From a virus: DNA of 64,000 nt. The notes under the pieces are model-generated. The model saw only the letters and a program-made list of their open reading frames with translations, did not search any database and was not told the origin of the DNA. Positions 40,200 through 49,505 of this stretch are shown here, piece by piece (the stretch's first letter is position 1; each line of letters begins with the position of its first letter). Position numbers and translations under genes: made by a program. The DNA lies in the IMG/VR virus record IMGVR_UViG_3300046703_000100, positions 27,573 to 91,572 of that record; one strand, written 5' to 3'.

Positions 40200-40757
40200 T
40201 TAAGCTTTTGTGATAGAATGAATAACAACTATATCACCAACTGCTGTTGCTTCGGCGAAAGTAATAACTGTAAATCCGCCAGCTTCTGTAGCAACATAAT
40301 CTTTACCAGAACCCTCTTCCTGTAAAAGACCGTTGAGATAAACTTCAACAGAATTTACAACAGCAAGAGTAGTCATAGTATATTCTACTTTTGCACTTAC
40401 AACAGGAACTTCTACCGCAACTGCTGACTCTAATACACCAGTGTTATCGGTAATAACATAATACTCCAATGCACTCATTCCAACATTAACTCTTAATGCT
40501 TCTCCAGCATGACCTGAATAAGCACCAGCAGTATCTGTCAAAGCAGTAAATGCTAATGACTGAAGAGCTGTATCCGCTAAATCTAACGAATCCTGAACAC
40601 CTTCTGCTAAATCAGCATAAGGAATTCCACCAACAGGTAACTGATAAGCACTGTCAGCTAATACTAATGAAGCATTAACACCAACAGACAACTGTGCAGT
40701 ATCAACATCGTTATCCTTAATCTGAATACCTCTGATTGCTGTATTTCGATTTGCCAT
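40200..40757 (-). CDS. putative head decoration/fibre protein B
   Basis: Paralogue of 39573; start taken at MANRNT. Confidence 0.65.
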   Translation of the reverse strand: MANRNTAIRGIQIKDNDVDTAQLSVGVNASLVLADSAYQLPVGGIPYADLAEGVQDSLDLADTALQSLAFTALTDTAGAYSGHAGEALRVNVGMSALEYYVITDNTGVLESAVAVEVPVVSAKVEYTMTTLAVVNSVEVYLNGLLQEEGSGKDYVATEAGGFTVITFAEATAVGDIVVIHSITKA

Positions 40758-40881
40758 TTTAAGTCTCTTTTCTTGACTTTTTGTACTTCTTATCTCGTCA
40801 AGTGTCAAATTTAAATTTTCAAGTATTTGAAATTCTTTACCCAGAATTTCTACATTAAGTCAAACAAGTTTCAGTAAAGTG

Positions 40882-41154
40882 TTAAATATTTGTATATCCT
40901 GAACCATTACAAAATTCACATTTTGTGTATCCCTGACGAATCGAGCATTTATTTTTACAACGAACAATTAATCCTTCTGCTTCTAATTTCTTAAATAATT
41001 TTTGAATATCAGAATAATAATAATCGAAAAGCATCTTCTTTAAATAAACGAATTCTTCTGATTCTTTTCCAAATTTTAATTGTAATAAATCAAGAATTCT
41101 CTTGACAGTATTTAATTGTTCTAAATATATCACAGAAGCTAAATTAATTTTCAC
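40882..41154 (-). CDS. small protein with a C-terminal Zn finger
   Basis: C-x3-C...CEFCNGSG; probable GTG start at 41154 after AAGGA. Confidence 0.55.
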   Translation of the reverse strand: MKINLASVIYLEQLNTVKRILDLLQLKFGKESEEFVYLKKMLFDYYYSDIQKLFKKLEAEGLIVRCKNKCSIRQGYTKCEFCNGSGYTNI

Positions 41155-41173
41155 GATTTTATCCTTACTTTTT

Positions 41174-41764
41174 TTATGCCTTGATGTATTCGACTTGGAT
41201 GATATCTCCACTTAAAATATCGATTTCAAATGCAAAGGTATTTGGAGACACTTCAGTAATATATTCTTCTTCTAATCCATTTAAAGTAACTTCTAATGAA
41301 CCTGATTGATAATTAAATGCTGTTTGAAAAGTAGTTAAATTTAATTGAGTAGGTATTTCATCTTCTATATGAGCATGTTTTTGGGCAACCGCATTATCAA
41401 TATCAGCAACAGATGAAGACGGTCTTCCTTCAATTAAATCCCAATCCAAATCTACTACTTGTCCTTGATTCATCCAATCAGAACCATCCCATACCCATAA
41501 ATCTCCAGTAGCATTTACTATTCTTGCATCACCTTGAACGTTTCCACTCATAGGTAGGTCGCCAACAGTTTCTACACCTGAACAAAATTTTAGAACAATA
41601 TTTGTGCTTTCATATAATAAGGTAACTAAATATTGCCATGTAGTACCGTTCCAAATATATACTTTATTGGTATCTATTGTAACACAGCCTCTACCTACAT
41701 AATTTCCAGTAACAGGTAAACTGGCATAAGAGGCAACTGGTTTGTACAAATAATAATTGCTCAT
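41174..41764 (-). CDS. putative virion protein with two LP..GN..G...W.G..W repeats
   Basis: Internal duplication; C-terminal SLEVTLNGL...GDIIQVEY domain shared with 39573/40200. Confidence 0.6.
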   Translation of the reverse strand: MSNYYLYKPVASYASLPVTGNYVGRGCVTIDTNKVYIWNGTTWQYLVTLLYESTNIVLKFCSGVETVGDLPMSGNVQGDARIVNATGDLWVWDGSDWMNQGQVVDLDWDLIEGRPSSSVADIDNAVAQKHAHIEDEIPTQLNLTTFQTAFNYQSGSLEVTLNGLEEEYITEVSPNTFAFEIDILSGDIIQVEYIKA

Positions 41765-41792
41765 ATTAATTCTCCTTTTTTAAATTTTTATA

Positions 41793-42575
41793 TTATCCGA
41801 TTGACATCCATCTTATTCCGAATAATGTATTAATATTAGTAAAATTTAATGTAAACCCATCTTCATTCATAGAAACTAATGTTGCCATTACTTGAATAGC
41901 TCCTGAAGCATTAAAAAGATATATACATCTATCTTGTTTAGCATCTCCTCTAAATGTATTGCTATAATTTCCACAAAAAGAAGACACATTTTGATTTAAA
42001 AATTCATCGACAAATCCATTACTTTGCATAAACCAAGTTTGCATACCATCGTTCTTATGTCCGACAAAATGTATTGCTTTTGGTTTAAATCCTAATCCAC
42101 TTACAGAATAATTACCAATAGAACTTGGACTTGTAAAATAACCTACTTTAGTATGTATTGAAGCATTTGTACCAGGTGTTCCAGAAATACCTTGATTACC
42201 TGTATCTCCTTTATCGCCTTTTAAACCTTGTTCGCCTTGAATACCCTGTTGTCCGTCATTGCCATTCGCTCCATTAATACCGTCAATTCCGTCTTTTCCA
42301 TCTATTCCATTTATACCATTGACTCCATCTAAACCATTATTTCCTGGCAATCCTTGCTCACCTTGAAGACCAGTTTCGCCTTGAATTCCTTGCTCGCCTT
42401 TGTCTCCTTTTACACCTTGAGCATTTATTTCTTCCCAATCACCTTCTGTTAAACTTCGTGCTATATATGTTTTATTGCCTACTGTATCTCTATAAGTTTG
42501 TCCTTCAAATTCAGGAGTTATTAAAGTAGGAGGAACAATCCCTGATTGACTGGATTGTTTTCGATGTCCTTTCAT
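41793..42575 (-). CDS. collagen-like fibre protein
   Basis: Uninterrupted G-X-Y run (~28 triplets); C-terminal GLGFKPK...DGFTLN domain. Confidence 0.85.
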   Translation of the reverse strand: MKGHRKQSSQSGIVPPTLITPEFEGQTYRDTVGNKTYIARSLTEGDWEEINAQGVKGDKGEQGIQGETGLQGEQGLPGNNGLDGVNGINGIDGKDGIDGINGANGNDGQQGIQGEQGLKGDKGDTGNQGISGTPGTNASIHTKVGYFTSPSSIGNYSVSGLGFKPKAIHFVGHKNDGMQTWFMQSNGFVDEFLNQNVSSFCGNYSNTFRGDAKQDRCIYLFNASGAIQVMATLVSMNEDGFTLNFTNINTLFGIRWMSIG

Positions 42576-42608
42576 ATAACTGCCCCCCCCCCATAAAATA
42601 CTCCTCTC

Positions 42609-43067
42609 TTATGCAGTTAATTCTACAGATACTTGGTCTGCTGTTCCTCTTTTAAATATTAAAAAAATTCTATTTAATCCTAAACAAGTGTTAATCCATA
42701 TCGCAATTGCATTAGTATTATCTAAAATAGGTTCTGTATCTTGTGTATATACTTTTATTTTAATTTCGCTATATTCTGTTAATTTTGTAATATATAAATC
42801 GTCTAATTCATCTTGAACTGTTTTTCCTGTTTGATATGTAGTAACCTCTGAAGCAATTGTCGTTCCAGGTTCGCCAGTATCACCTTTATCACCCTTCATA
42901 CCTTTAGCAACTGGAATAATATCTATTGATTGAAAATTAATGTTTATAGTTTCGCTTCCAAATAAATCCCCAAACTTAACTTCTATAGAATCTTTCTCTA
43001 TAAAAGATACATTTAAAAACTCTAATATTGGAAGAGGTATATCACTTTGACCCCAATTATAACCCAT
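42609..43067 (-). CDS. virion protein with a short collagen segment
   Basis: GMKGDKGDTGEPG; TVQDELDDL. Confidence 0.6.
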   Translation of the reverse strand: MGYNWGQSDIPLPILEFLNVSFIEKDSIEVKFGDLFGSETININFQSIDIIPVAKGMKGDKGDTGEPGTTIASEVTTYQTGKTVQDELDDLYITKLTEYSEIKIKVYTQDTEPILDNTNAIAIWINTCLGLNRIFLIFKRGTADQVSVELTA

Positions 43068-43069
43068 TG

Positions 43070-43435
43070 TTAAACTCCATGAATTACTGTATTTTGTATT
43101 GATAATCTACCGTTCCAAATAACACCCTCATCTGGAGGAGTAGAATCGGTTATAAATTTTACTGCATAATAATAATTTTGACAAGGAATATTAGTATCTT
43201 CGGCAGTAAGTTGAATTAACATTCTACCATTGGTAGGTTGAATAAAATCTGCTGTCTGATATAATTTATAAATAACTGCACTACTGTCAGGGTCTACTAA
43301 TTGTTCTTTAGCCATAAATATAACAGACCATCCTGTAATATTAATAGGAGCATTAGATTTAGTAAATTTTAATTCATAAGTTTTAGAACATTTTCGTAAT
43401 ATTACAATGTTCATATTAACAGGTATACTTTGCAT
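43070..43435 (-). CDS. BppU-N-like structural protein
   Basis: PINITGW.V.F..K, G...I.LT.EDT, YYY.V, G.L.I pattern. Confidence 0.6.
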   Translation of the reverse strand: MQSIPVNMNIVILRKCSKTYELKFTKSNAPINITGWSVIFMAKEQLVDPDSSAVIYKLYQTADFIQPTNGRMLIQLTAEDTNIPCQNYYYAVKFITDSTPPDEGVIWNGRLSIQNTVIHGV

Positions 43436-43449
43436 AAATTCTCCTTATA

Positions 43450-44043
43450 TTAATAAATATATATATTAAATTGGAGGGTGTCTGTGATTCCAACGCCCAT
43501 CTCCCATTTCGCAATTAATTTTTCTATTCTTTCATACTTCGGAATCTCTCTTCTATATGTAACGGTGAGGTTCGGTAATCTGTACGATGTGTAATCCGGT
43601 TTTAAAATTATAGAAGCAATTAAAGCAATCAAATCTGCTTCTTGTGCGGTCGGAGTTGGTTCAATTGTGTCTACATCATTATCTATTTCAAATTGTAAAT
43701 TATTATGAGAATAAACTGAATACCAACATGCTGATGCACGAATATAACCATTCATTTCATCGTCGGTATATTGATGATAATTATAATTTATTTGAATTAT
43801 GTCTCCTGAAAGAAGAGAATTAATACCTGATTGATTTGTAACTGTAATTTCATTAGTAGTAGAATCAAAGGAATATAAACTGGGTTCTAAAATTATTCCA
43901 TTTTGTAATACATTATTAATGGTTATATTTTGTTCTGCAATTGTAAAGATATTACTGACAGAGAAAGTAAATAACTCCGTACCGGTTTTAGAAAAGTCTT
44001 CCACTAATGAATATATTTTAGTCCTTATGTCTTCTAGTATCAT
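43450..44043 (-). CDS. putative head-tail adaptor with an inserted beta domain
   Basis: IR..I.D, YTDDEM..YI helical adaptor pattern; start taken at MILEDIRTK. Confidence 0.55.
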   Translation of the reverse strand: MILEDIRTKIYSLVEDFSKTGTELFTFSVSNIFTIAEQNITINNVLQNGIILEPSLYSFDSTTNEITVTNQSGINSLLSGDIIQINYNYHQYTDDEMNGYIRASACWYSVYSHNNLQFEIDNDVDTIEPTPTAQEADLIALIASIILKPDYTSYRLPNLTVTYRREIPKYERIEKLIAKWEMGVGITDTLQFNIYIY

Positions 44044-44044
44044 T

Positions 44045-44518
44045 TTAGTCTTCCTCTTCTTTAGAAATAATTCGTTCTGGTCGATAAATATAAGTTCGAT
44101 AGAGCAATAATTCGCTTCCCCTATCACCTTTAAATAAAAATCCGTTCTTTTGAATAACTTTAAGTAGTTTATTATTTTTCTTAATCTTAATCCATAAATC
44201 ACTTTTAACGTTCCACAATATTATTTTCAAAAGTCTGTCAGCAAGATGTTCATCATTTGTAAGTAGTTTCACATATTTACGAGGAGAATTGTCCGACCAA
44301 CCAGTAACAAACCCCATACCATTTAAATTTTCTTCGTCGTATGCCCAACCATCTCCTTTATTTAAACAATCTAAAAGAACGTCAATATTATCTCTTAAAT
44401 AAATTCTCACATTATCTTTTGTTAAATAAAAATCACCCATAAGGTCAACCGTTTCAAATAAAATATTCTCAATTATTCTTTGTTCTTTTTGTGTATAGCC
44501 TTCCTTACAAATCAACAT
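44045..44518 (-). CDS. possible GNAT-fold protein
   Basis: C-terminal ADRLL...W.KIKKNN...IQKNGF resembles GNAT motif B; the acetyl-CoA loop is degenerate. Confidence 0.4.
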   Translation of the reverse strand: MLICKEGYTQKEQRIIENILFETVDLMGDFYLTKDNVRIYLRDNIDVLLDCLNKGDGWAYDEENLNGMGFVTGWSDNSPRKYVKLLTNDEHLADRLLKIILWNVKSDLWIKIKKNNKLLKVIQKNGFLFKGDRGSELLLYRTYIYRPERIISKEEED

Positions 44519-44520
44519 TA

Positions 44521-45174
44521 CTATACTCCTATAGTTATAAGTTCAGTAAAATAAGAATACCAATAATCTCTATTAGCATTTACTTCTGTATTACATTTAC
44601 TGCAAAGAGAAATTAGATTTTCGGGTAAACAATTCTCTTTACAATAATCTATATGATGAATTGATAAAACCTTATCTAAATCTTTAAGTTCTTGTTCTTC
44701 ATTCTTACCACATTTTTGGCATTTATGATTATCTCTATCACGAATTAAATCCTTGAGCTGTTTATTAAACTCAATAGTATAGGGAAATCTGCTCAAGCCA
44801 CCTAACCATTGAGGATGATTCTCTGGATTCTTATATTCTTCTTTACGAGCACAGGATTTACAACGGGTGTTAGGTTTTTCATCTCCATGATTTTTATAAC
44901 AAGCATTATTATTTAATTCTTTTTTACAATCAATACAAAATTTTTTACGAGATTCTAATCCACCTTGCCAAACAGGACTTAATTTTCCAGATTTACCAAA
45001 TTGATGATTTAATTTACCTTGTTGAAAACATTCTCGGCAATATTTTGCTCGTCTATCAATTTTTTGACCACAAATGCAATAATTTATTTCATGTGTCGCT
45101 TCAATAATATAGCATTTACGACATAATTTTACATGTTTTGCACTAAGTTTTTTACCACACTTACATTTATGCAT
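44521..45174 (-). CDS. HNH endonuclease (paralogue 2, HNN variant)
   Basis: IRDRDNHKCQKC...HHIDYCKENC..ENLISLCSKCN. Confidence 0.88.
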   Translation of the reverse strand: MHKCKCGKKLSAKHVKLCRKCYIIEATHEINYCICGQKIDRRAKYCRECFQQGKLNHQFGKSGKLSPVWQGGLESRKKFCIDCKKELNNNACYKNHGDEKPNTRCKSCARKEEYKNPENHPQWLGGLSRFPYTIEFNKQLKDLIRDRDNHKCQKCGKNEEQELKDLDKVLSIHHIDYCKENCLPENLISLCSKCNTEVNANRDYWYSYFTELITIGV

Positions 45175-45188
45175 TTTATCTTACCTTT

Positions 45189-45218
45189 TTGGGAGAGGGG
45201 AATATACCCCTCTCTTTT
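45189..45218 (-). terminator. stem-loop after the major capsid gene, near-identical to the one at 5325
   Basis: Minus strand AAAA GAGAGGGG TATATT CCCCTCTC CCAA. Confidence 0.6.
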
Positions 45219-45233
45219 AAACTGTAATCAAGT

Positions 45234-46223
45234 TTAGTTCGTAGGAATATTACTATCCGCAACGACTACACCTGTTAAATCTGCTGAACATATAGCTTTG
45301 GTGTTGGTTATGGCGAAAATTATCGATTCGTAGCCAAAGACACCGTAGGCTAAAGTATTTGTTCCACCAACGTTTACAGGTACTGGATTAACAACGATAG
45401 CTCTCTGAGCTTCATTGACTTCCGCACCCATCAACTTTGCTATCTCAGGCGTAATCTGCCTTCTAACGAACTTAATCGGCTTGCCTTCTGCTATTCTTGA
45501 ATCTTTAGCAACCATTATACACTTAAATGGGTCTAACATATAAGCAGTGGCTTCTGTATCTGTAGCATCAACGGAAACTTTTCCGTATATCTTTATAACT
45601 TCTATGCCAAGCTCTTTCAGCTTCGCAGGTAGAGTTACATTATATCTGAAAGCCTGTACATTCGACTTATCATAAAGGTCGATGGCTTCTTTTACTCTTG
45701 AACCAGCCAATAGAACATAATCTGTACCATAATCCTCAAGGGCGTGTTTCATACCTATGAGCACATCGTACAAATCCGCACCTGTCTTCGCATAAGCGAA
45801 GGGCAGTTCCGCACCTGGCATATAAGTTGCAGTGCCAGCTACGATTGCATCCAATATAATCTTCATCTCTCTCTTATCCATACCACGTGTGATGGATTCT
45901 TTACGTCTTGAGAGGATGTCTGTATCAGGTGATGCCAATACAGCGTCAAGCAACACATATTCCAACTTCGAGTTCAAACCCTTAAACGTTATCTCTACGA
46001 TTCCGAGTGGGTCTCTCTTTTTGGGTACGATTGCTCCGGTGCTTACGTCTACATCAAGAATAACATCAGCGTACTGTTCCAAAGCGTTAAACTTCCATAT
46101 CTTCTCTCCAGGCTTCGCAACGAAAGTATCTGCAATTGCCTGTAGTTCCACTGGAACTGGAAGCTGGATGTTAATCGGCTGTCCTATTAAGGACGCTATC
46201 TCTAATACCATATCTCTATCCAT
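45234..46223 (-). CDS. major capsid protein (HK97 fold expected)
   Basis: 329 aa directly after the protease/scaffold; long spine-helix-like DILSRR...MDKRE..IILDAI; GC-richer codon usage; AGGAG RBS. Confidence 0.8.
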   Translation of the reverse strand: MDRDMVLEIASLIGQPINIQLPVPVELQAIADTFVAKPGEKIWKFNALEQYADVILDVDVSTGAIVPKKRDPLGIVEITFKGLNSKLEYVLLDAVLASPDTDILSRRKESITRGMDKREMKIILDAIVAGTATYMPGAELPFAYAKTGADLYDVLIGMKHALEDYGTDYVLLAGSRVKEAIDLYDKSNVQAFRYNVTLPAKLKELGIEVIKIYGKVSVDATDTEATAYMLDPFKCIMVAKDSRIAEGKPIKFVRRQITPEIAKLMGAEVNEAQRAIVVNPVPVNVGGTNTLAYGVFGYESIIFAITNTKAICSADLTGVVVADSNIPTN

Positions 46224-46328
46224 TTTAAATCTCCTATTACTATTTATTTTTTTTTCTTATAAATAAATCCGTATCTTTATTGACTTATTTATATTTTTTA
46301 CTATATCTTTTTATTACCGTATCTTCTA

Positions 46329-49300
46329 TTAAGTCTTTCTTGCTTTTCTTCCAAATGCTTTAGCGTCTATTTCTGCTCTAACGTCTTTGTTAGGGTCGCC
46401 AGCTTCTTCGGATTTAGAACCAATAACTTTACCTTTTGTCGCAACTTCAAGATTTGCTTTTTCTAATTTCAAATCTGCAAATTTTGTATTATCTAATATA
46501 TCTCTATCAGATATTTTGCTTGCTATTTCAAGACCAACTTCTCTCTGACGCTTTCCTATTTCTTCAGCATTAACTTTATAAAATTCAATCTGAGAAGCCA
46601 TTTCTCTATGCATTTCACAAGCTTTTTCTTTTGATATTTTTCTGGCTTCTTGAAGTTTCTTATGAGCTTTTTTGACAGATGCAACATGACGAGCGATACA
46701 AGCTTTTGCTTGAGCTAATTTTTCAGCAAGTTTATCAGAATCATCACCTGGCAATGGAACTTGGTATCCTTTTAATTCAGCTATATTACGATTCATATCG
46801 GGTTTACCAGTTTTCAAGTCAGCTACAGTTCTATCCATATCGGGTTTTCCTGTCTTTAAATCTGCAACAGTTCTATCAATGTCAGGCTTACCTGATTTTA
46901 GGTCTGCAACTGTTCTATCCATATCTGGTTTACCGCTCTTCAAATCCGCTACTGTCCTATCTATGTCGGGTTTGCCAGTTTTTAAATCAGCTACATCGGT
47001 ATGTTTTTCATCTTTCACCGGCTTTTTAAGGTCAGCATTTTCGGTATTTGCAATATTTCTATTCATATCTGGTTTGCCTCCTTTCAAGTCGGCTTTTTCT
47101 TTACTTCCTCTTACTCCTAATATCGAAGTAGGCTCATCAGAGGCTTTGTTTTTATTTTCTTTTGTTTCTTCTTTTTCCTCTTTAATAGTTTCTAATTTCT
47201 CTTCTTCTTCTGCCATCTTTTGTTCTTTAAGTGTTTTATCCTGTAAGAATAAAGCATCATCATGAGATTTTATAAGTTTTTCTGCTACTTTTTCAGCATT
47301 TTTATCATCCATAACATCTGTATCATAAGAGTCTGCATCGGCTTTATTCATATTCATATGCATATTAAGTTCTTTTGCTCTACGAAGAACTTTTGCTCTT
47401 ACTGATTCAGGAGAAACTCCTAATGATTTTAATCCAGCTTTCGGAGCTTCTTGTCCAAGACGAGACAATGCATTACGCACATGTGCAGGGTCTTTTATAG
47501 GATATTTACGAATTGTTTTTCCATCTTTATGAATAACAACTGCAAAATCCTTATCTGATAAGCTTTGTCTTTGCTCATATGTTAGTTTCTTTGCTACTTC
47601 GAATCCATCTTCATAACTATCGTCAATTGATGCCTCGACAGGAGATTCTATCTCGGCAGACGGCTTTACATCTTTCTTTTCCATGTCTTTTTCTCCTTCT
47701 GTTTCTATTATATTAGCAGATTTATCTATTAACTCGTCTGCTGTCGAGATTAGTTCTTTTTCACTGACTATAAAAATACCTTCTATGCCAGCTACTTCTA
47801 AATTATATAAATTAAGACCTGAAGGATTTTCGTTTATTATTTTCCCTTCAAGTACGATTTCTCCACCATTTGAAAGTGGATAGTTAAATTCTACTAAACC
47901 AGCTTTATGAACATAATTATCTATCTTATTAATCACAGTTGGGTCTGAATTAACTCTTGGAGTTGTTACTGTATTAAGGTCTGTCGGTGCTCCATATTTA
48001 GTTTCATAATCGGCTTTTGTCATTTCGTTAATAGAAGAAATTCTACGAACCATTTCATTAGTAATGTCATGACTAAATCTTAAATTACATTCGCCACATG
48101 ATACTTCGTATTTATTATTCTTAGAAGTACCTGCATAACCTACTCTATGACCACATTGTGCACAAGGTGCCGTTCCTATATGTAGAAAATGTAAATTAGA
48201 CATTACTGTAGCTTTTGGGTCTTCTTGATAACTAATAACATAAGCTCTTTGACAAGACATACATTTTATATCAGCATTTTTATTATCTGATTTTAGAATT
48301 CTCCAATTACGAGATGAACATGCTGGACAAGACATTTTAAAATCTATATGTTGAGGAGGATATTTTGTCTCACCTTTTTCATTTAATATTGCTTTACATT
48401 CTGGACATTTAATTTCGTTTGCTGTAACAAAAGGTTTATCAATTATGTAAGAACAATTCGCACATTTTACTGATGAAAAAGGAGTTGAAATATTATCTAA
48501 TAAACCACCGCATTTCATACAAGCATACGTATAAGTATTTGTACCATCTCCAACAACTTTCTTATTAGGTATACCTTTATAAGCACATTTAGGACATTCT
48601 ACTTCCTTATCCATAGACGCTACTGAATGAGGAGGATTATTTCTTGGTTTAACACCAACTACATCTTTATTCTCTGGTTTCTCTTTATCAGATATTGCAA
48701 AAGGAGCGACCAATACTGGTTTAGTTCCTACACTATCTTTACCTGATACTGTTATAGGAGAAGGAAGTTGTACATTAATCGGTTCTCCGATAATTTTTGC
48801 TTCTTCTGGTTCTTGGCATTTACCGCATTTACGACAAATTGTTTCGCCATGAATAATCATTTCTTCACAAGGGTGAAAATGTTTAGAAGCGTATACCATA
48901 TCTTCTTCGTTAATTTTTGCCATCTCAAGAACATGAGCATCAGCAAATGCTGGTTTAGTTTTAAATAAAATTGCTCCACCAGCTATTTCCATTTCTGTTA
49001 ATAGATATGTGCCATCGCTCAAATATTTACGTTTATTCTTGGCACACCAGATTTCGTAACTACATGTTAATTTTCCTGCTCTAAATAATGCTTGAGCTTG
49101 TTTCCATTCGTCTGCAAAATTTGATTTAAATATAATGCCATATGCTATTACTGATTCATCTTTTACTATATATTTATAATCAATATAATACCCTATAACT
49201 CTTGACCTATTGTGGTCAATGTCGATACTTTTTCCACAAATTCCAGGTAATGCACGTAGAAGAATCTTCTTAGGTAATCGAGCACGATTTCCGTTAGCTT

Positions 49301-49505
49301 TATCAGCAAAAGTATATACCATTTTTATGCCAGCAAGGTCTCTACTATCTTGAAGAAGTATCCCTCTTGCTTTAGCGATTTGAAATAATTCATTCTCTTC
49401 TTTCGAACCTTCTTCTAATAATTGAAGAGAAACGGATTCTTCATAATCAGTTAAAAATTCTTGACATTGTATAGAAGTTATAAATTCTTCTTTTATTTCT
49501 GGCAT
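46329..49505 (-). CDS. prohead protease/scaffold polyprotein with Zn ribbons, a DUF6582-like domain and 14-aa repeats
   Basis: N-terminal N.N, IDIDH, IG, G.I, CSYE, GGAIL..KPA (assemblin-like protease); LSDKDFA..RKYPI.D.AHVRNALSR; C-terminal coiled coil; lies between portal and capsid. Confidence 0.8.
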   Translation of the reverse strand: MPEIKEEFITSIQCQEFLTDYEESVSLQLLEEGSKEENELFQIAKARGILLQDSRDLAGIKMVYTFADKANGNRARLPKKILLRALPGICGKSIDIDHNRSRVIGYYIDYKYIVKDESVIAYGIIFKSNFADEWKQAQALFRAGKLTCSYEIWCAKNKRKYLSDGTYLLTEMEIAGGAILFKTKPAFADAHVLEMAKINEEDMVYASKHFHPCEEMIIHGETICRKCGKCQEPEEAKIIGEPINVQLPSPITVSGKDSVGTKPVLVAPFAISDKEKPENKDVVGVKPRNNPPHSVASMDKEVECPKCAYKGIPNKKVVGDGTNTYTYACMKCGGLLDNISTPFSSVKCANCSYIIDKPFVTANEIKCPECKAILNEKGETKYPPQHIDFKMSCPACSSRNWRILKSDNKNADIKCMSCQRAYVISYQEDPKATVMSNLHFLHIGTAPCAQCGHRVGYAGTSKNNKYEVSCGECNLRFSHDITNEMVRRISSINEMTKADYETKYGAPTDLNTVTTPRVNSDPTVINKIDNYVHKAGLVEFNYPLSNGGEIVLEGKIINENPSGLNLYNLEVAGIEGIFIVSEKELISTADELIDKSANIIETEGEKDMEKKDVKPSAEIESPVEASIDDSYEDGFEVAKKLTYEQRQSLSDKDFAVVIHKDGKTIRKYPIKDPAHVRNALSRLGQEAPKAGLKSLGVSPESVRAKVLRRAKELNMHMNMNKADADSYDTDVMDDKNAEKVAEKLIKSHDDALFLQDKTLKEQKMAEEEEKLETIKEEKEETKENKNKASDEPTSILGVRGSKEKADLKGGKPDMNRNIANTENADLKKPVKDEKHTDVADLKTGKPDIDRTVADLKSGKPDMDRTVADLKSGKPDIDRTVADLKTGKPDMDRTVADLKTGKPDMNRNIAELKGYQVPLPGDDSDKLAEKLAQAKACIARHVASVKKAHKKLQEARKISKEKACEMHREMASQIEFYKVNAEEIGKRQREVGLEIASKISDRDILDNTKFADLKLEKANLEVATKGKVIGSKSEEAGDPNKDVRAEIDAKAFGRKARKT
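46775..47100 (-). repeat. 42-nt / 14-aa tandem repeat ADLK[TS]GKPD[IM]DRTV
   Basis: Five tandem copies plus one displaced copy (ADLKGGKPDMNRNI). Confidence 0.95.

Noticed and set aside
31041-41154. ORFs 31041 and 40882 as paralogous regulators
   Set aside because: Only a vague helical pattern in common; not supportable without profile comparison
46775-47100. 42-nt periodic repeat as a CRISPR array
   Set aside because: No unique spacers; variation sits at synonymous positions of an open frame; no cas genes
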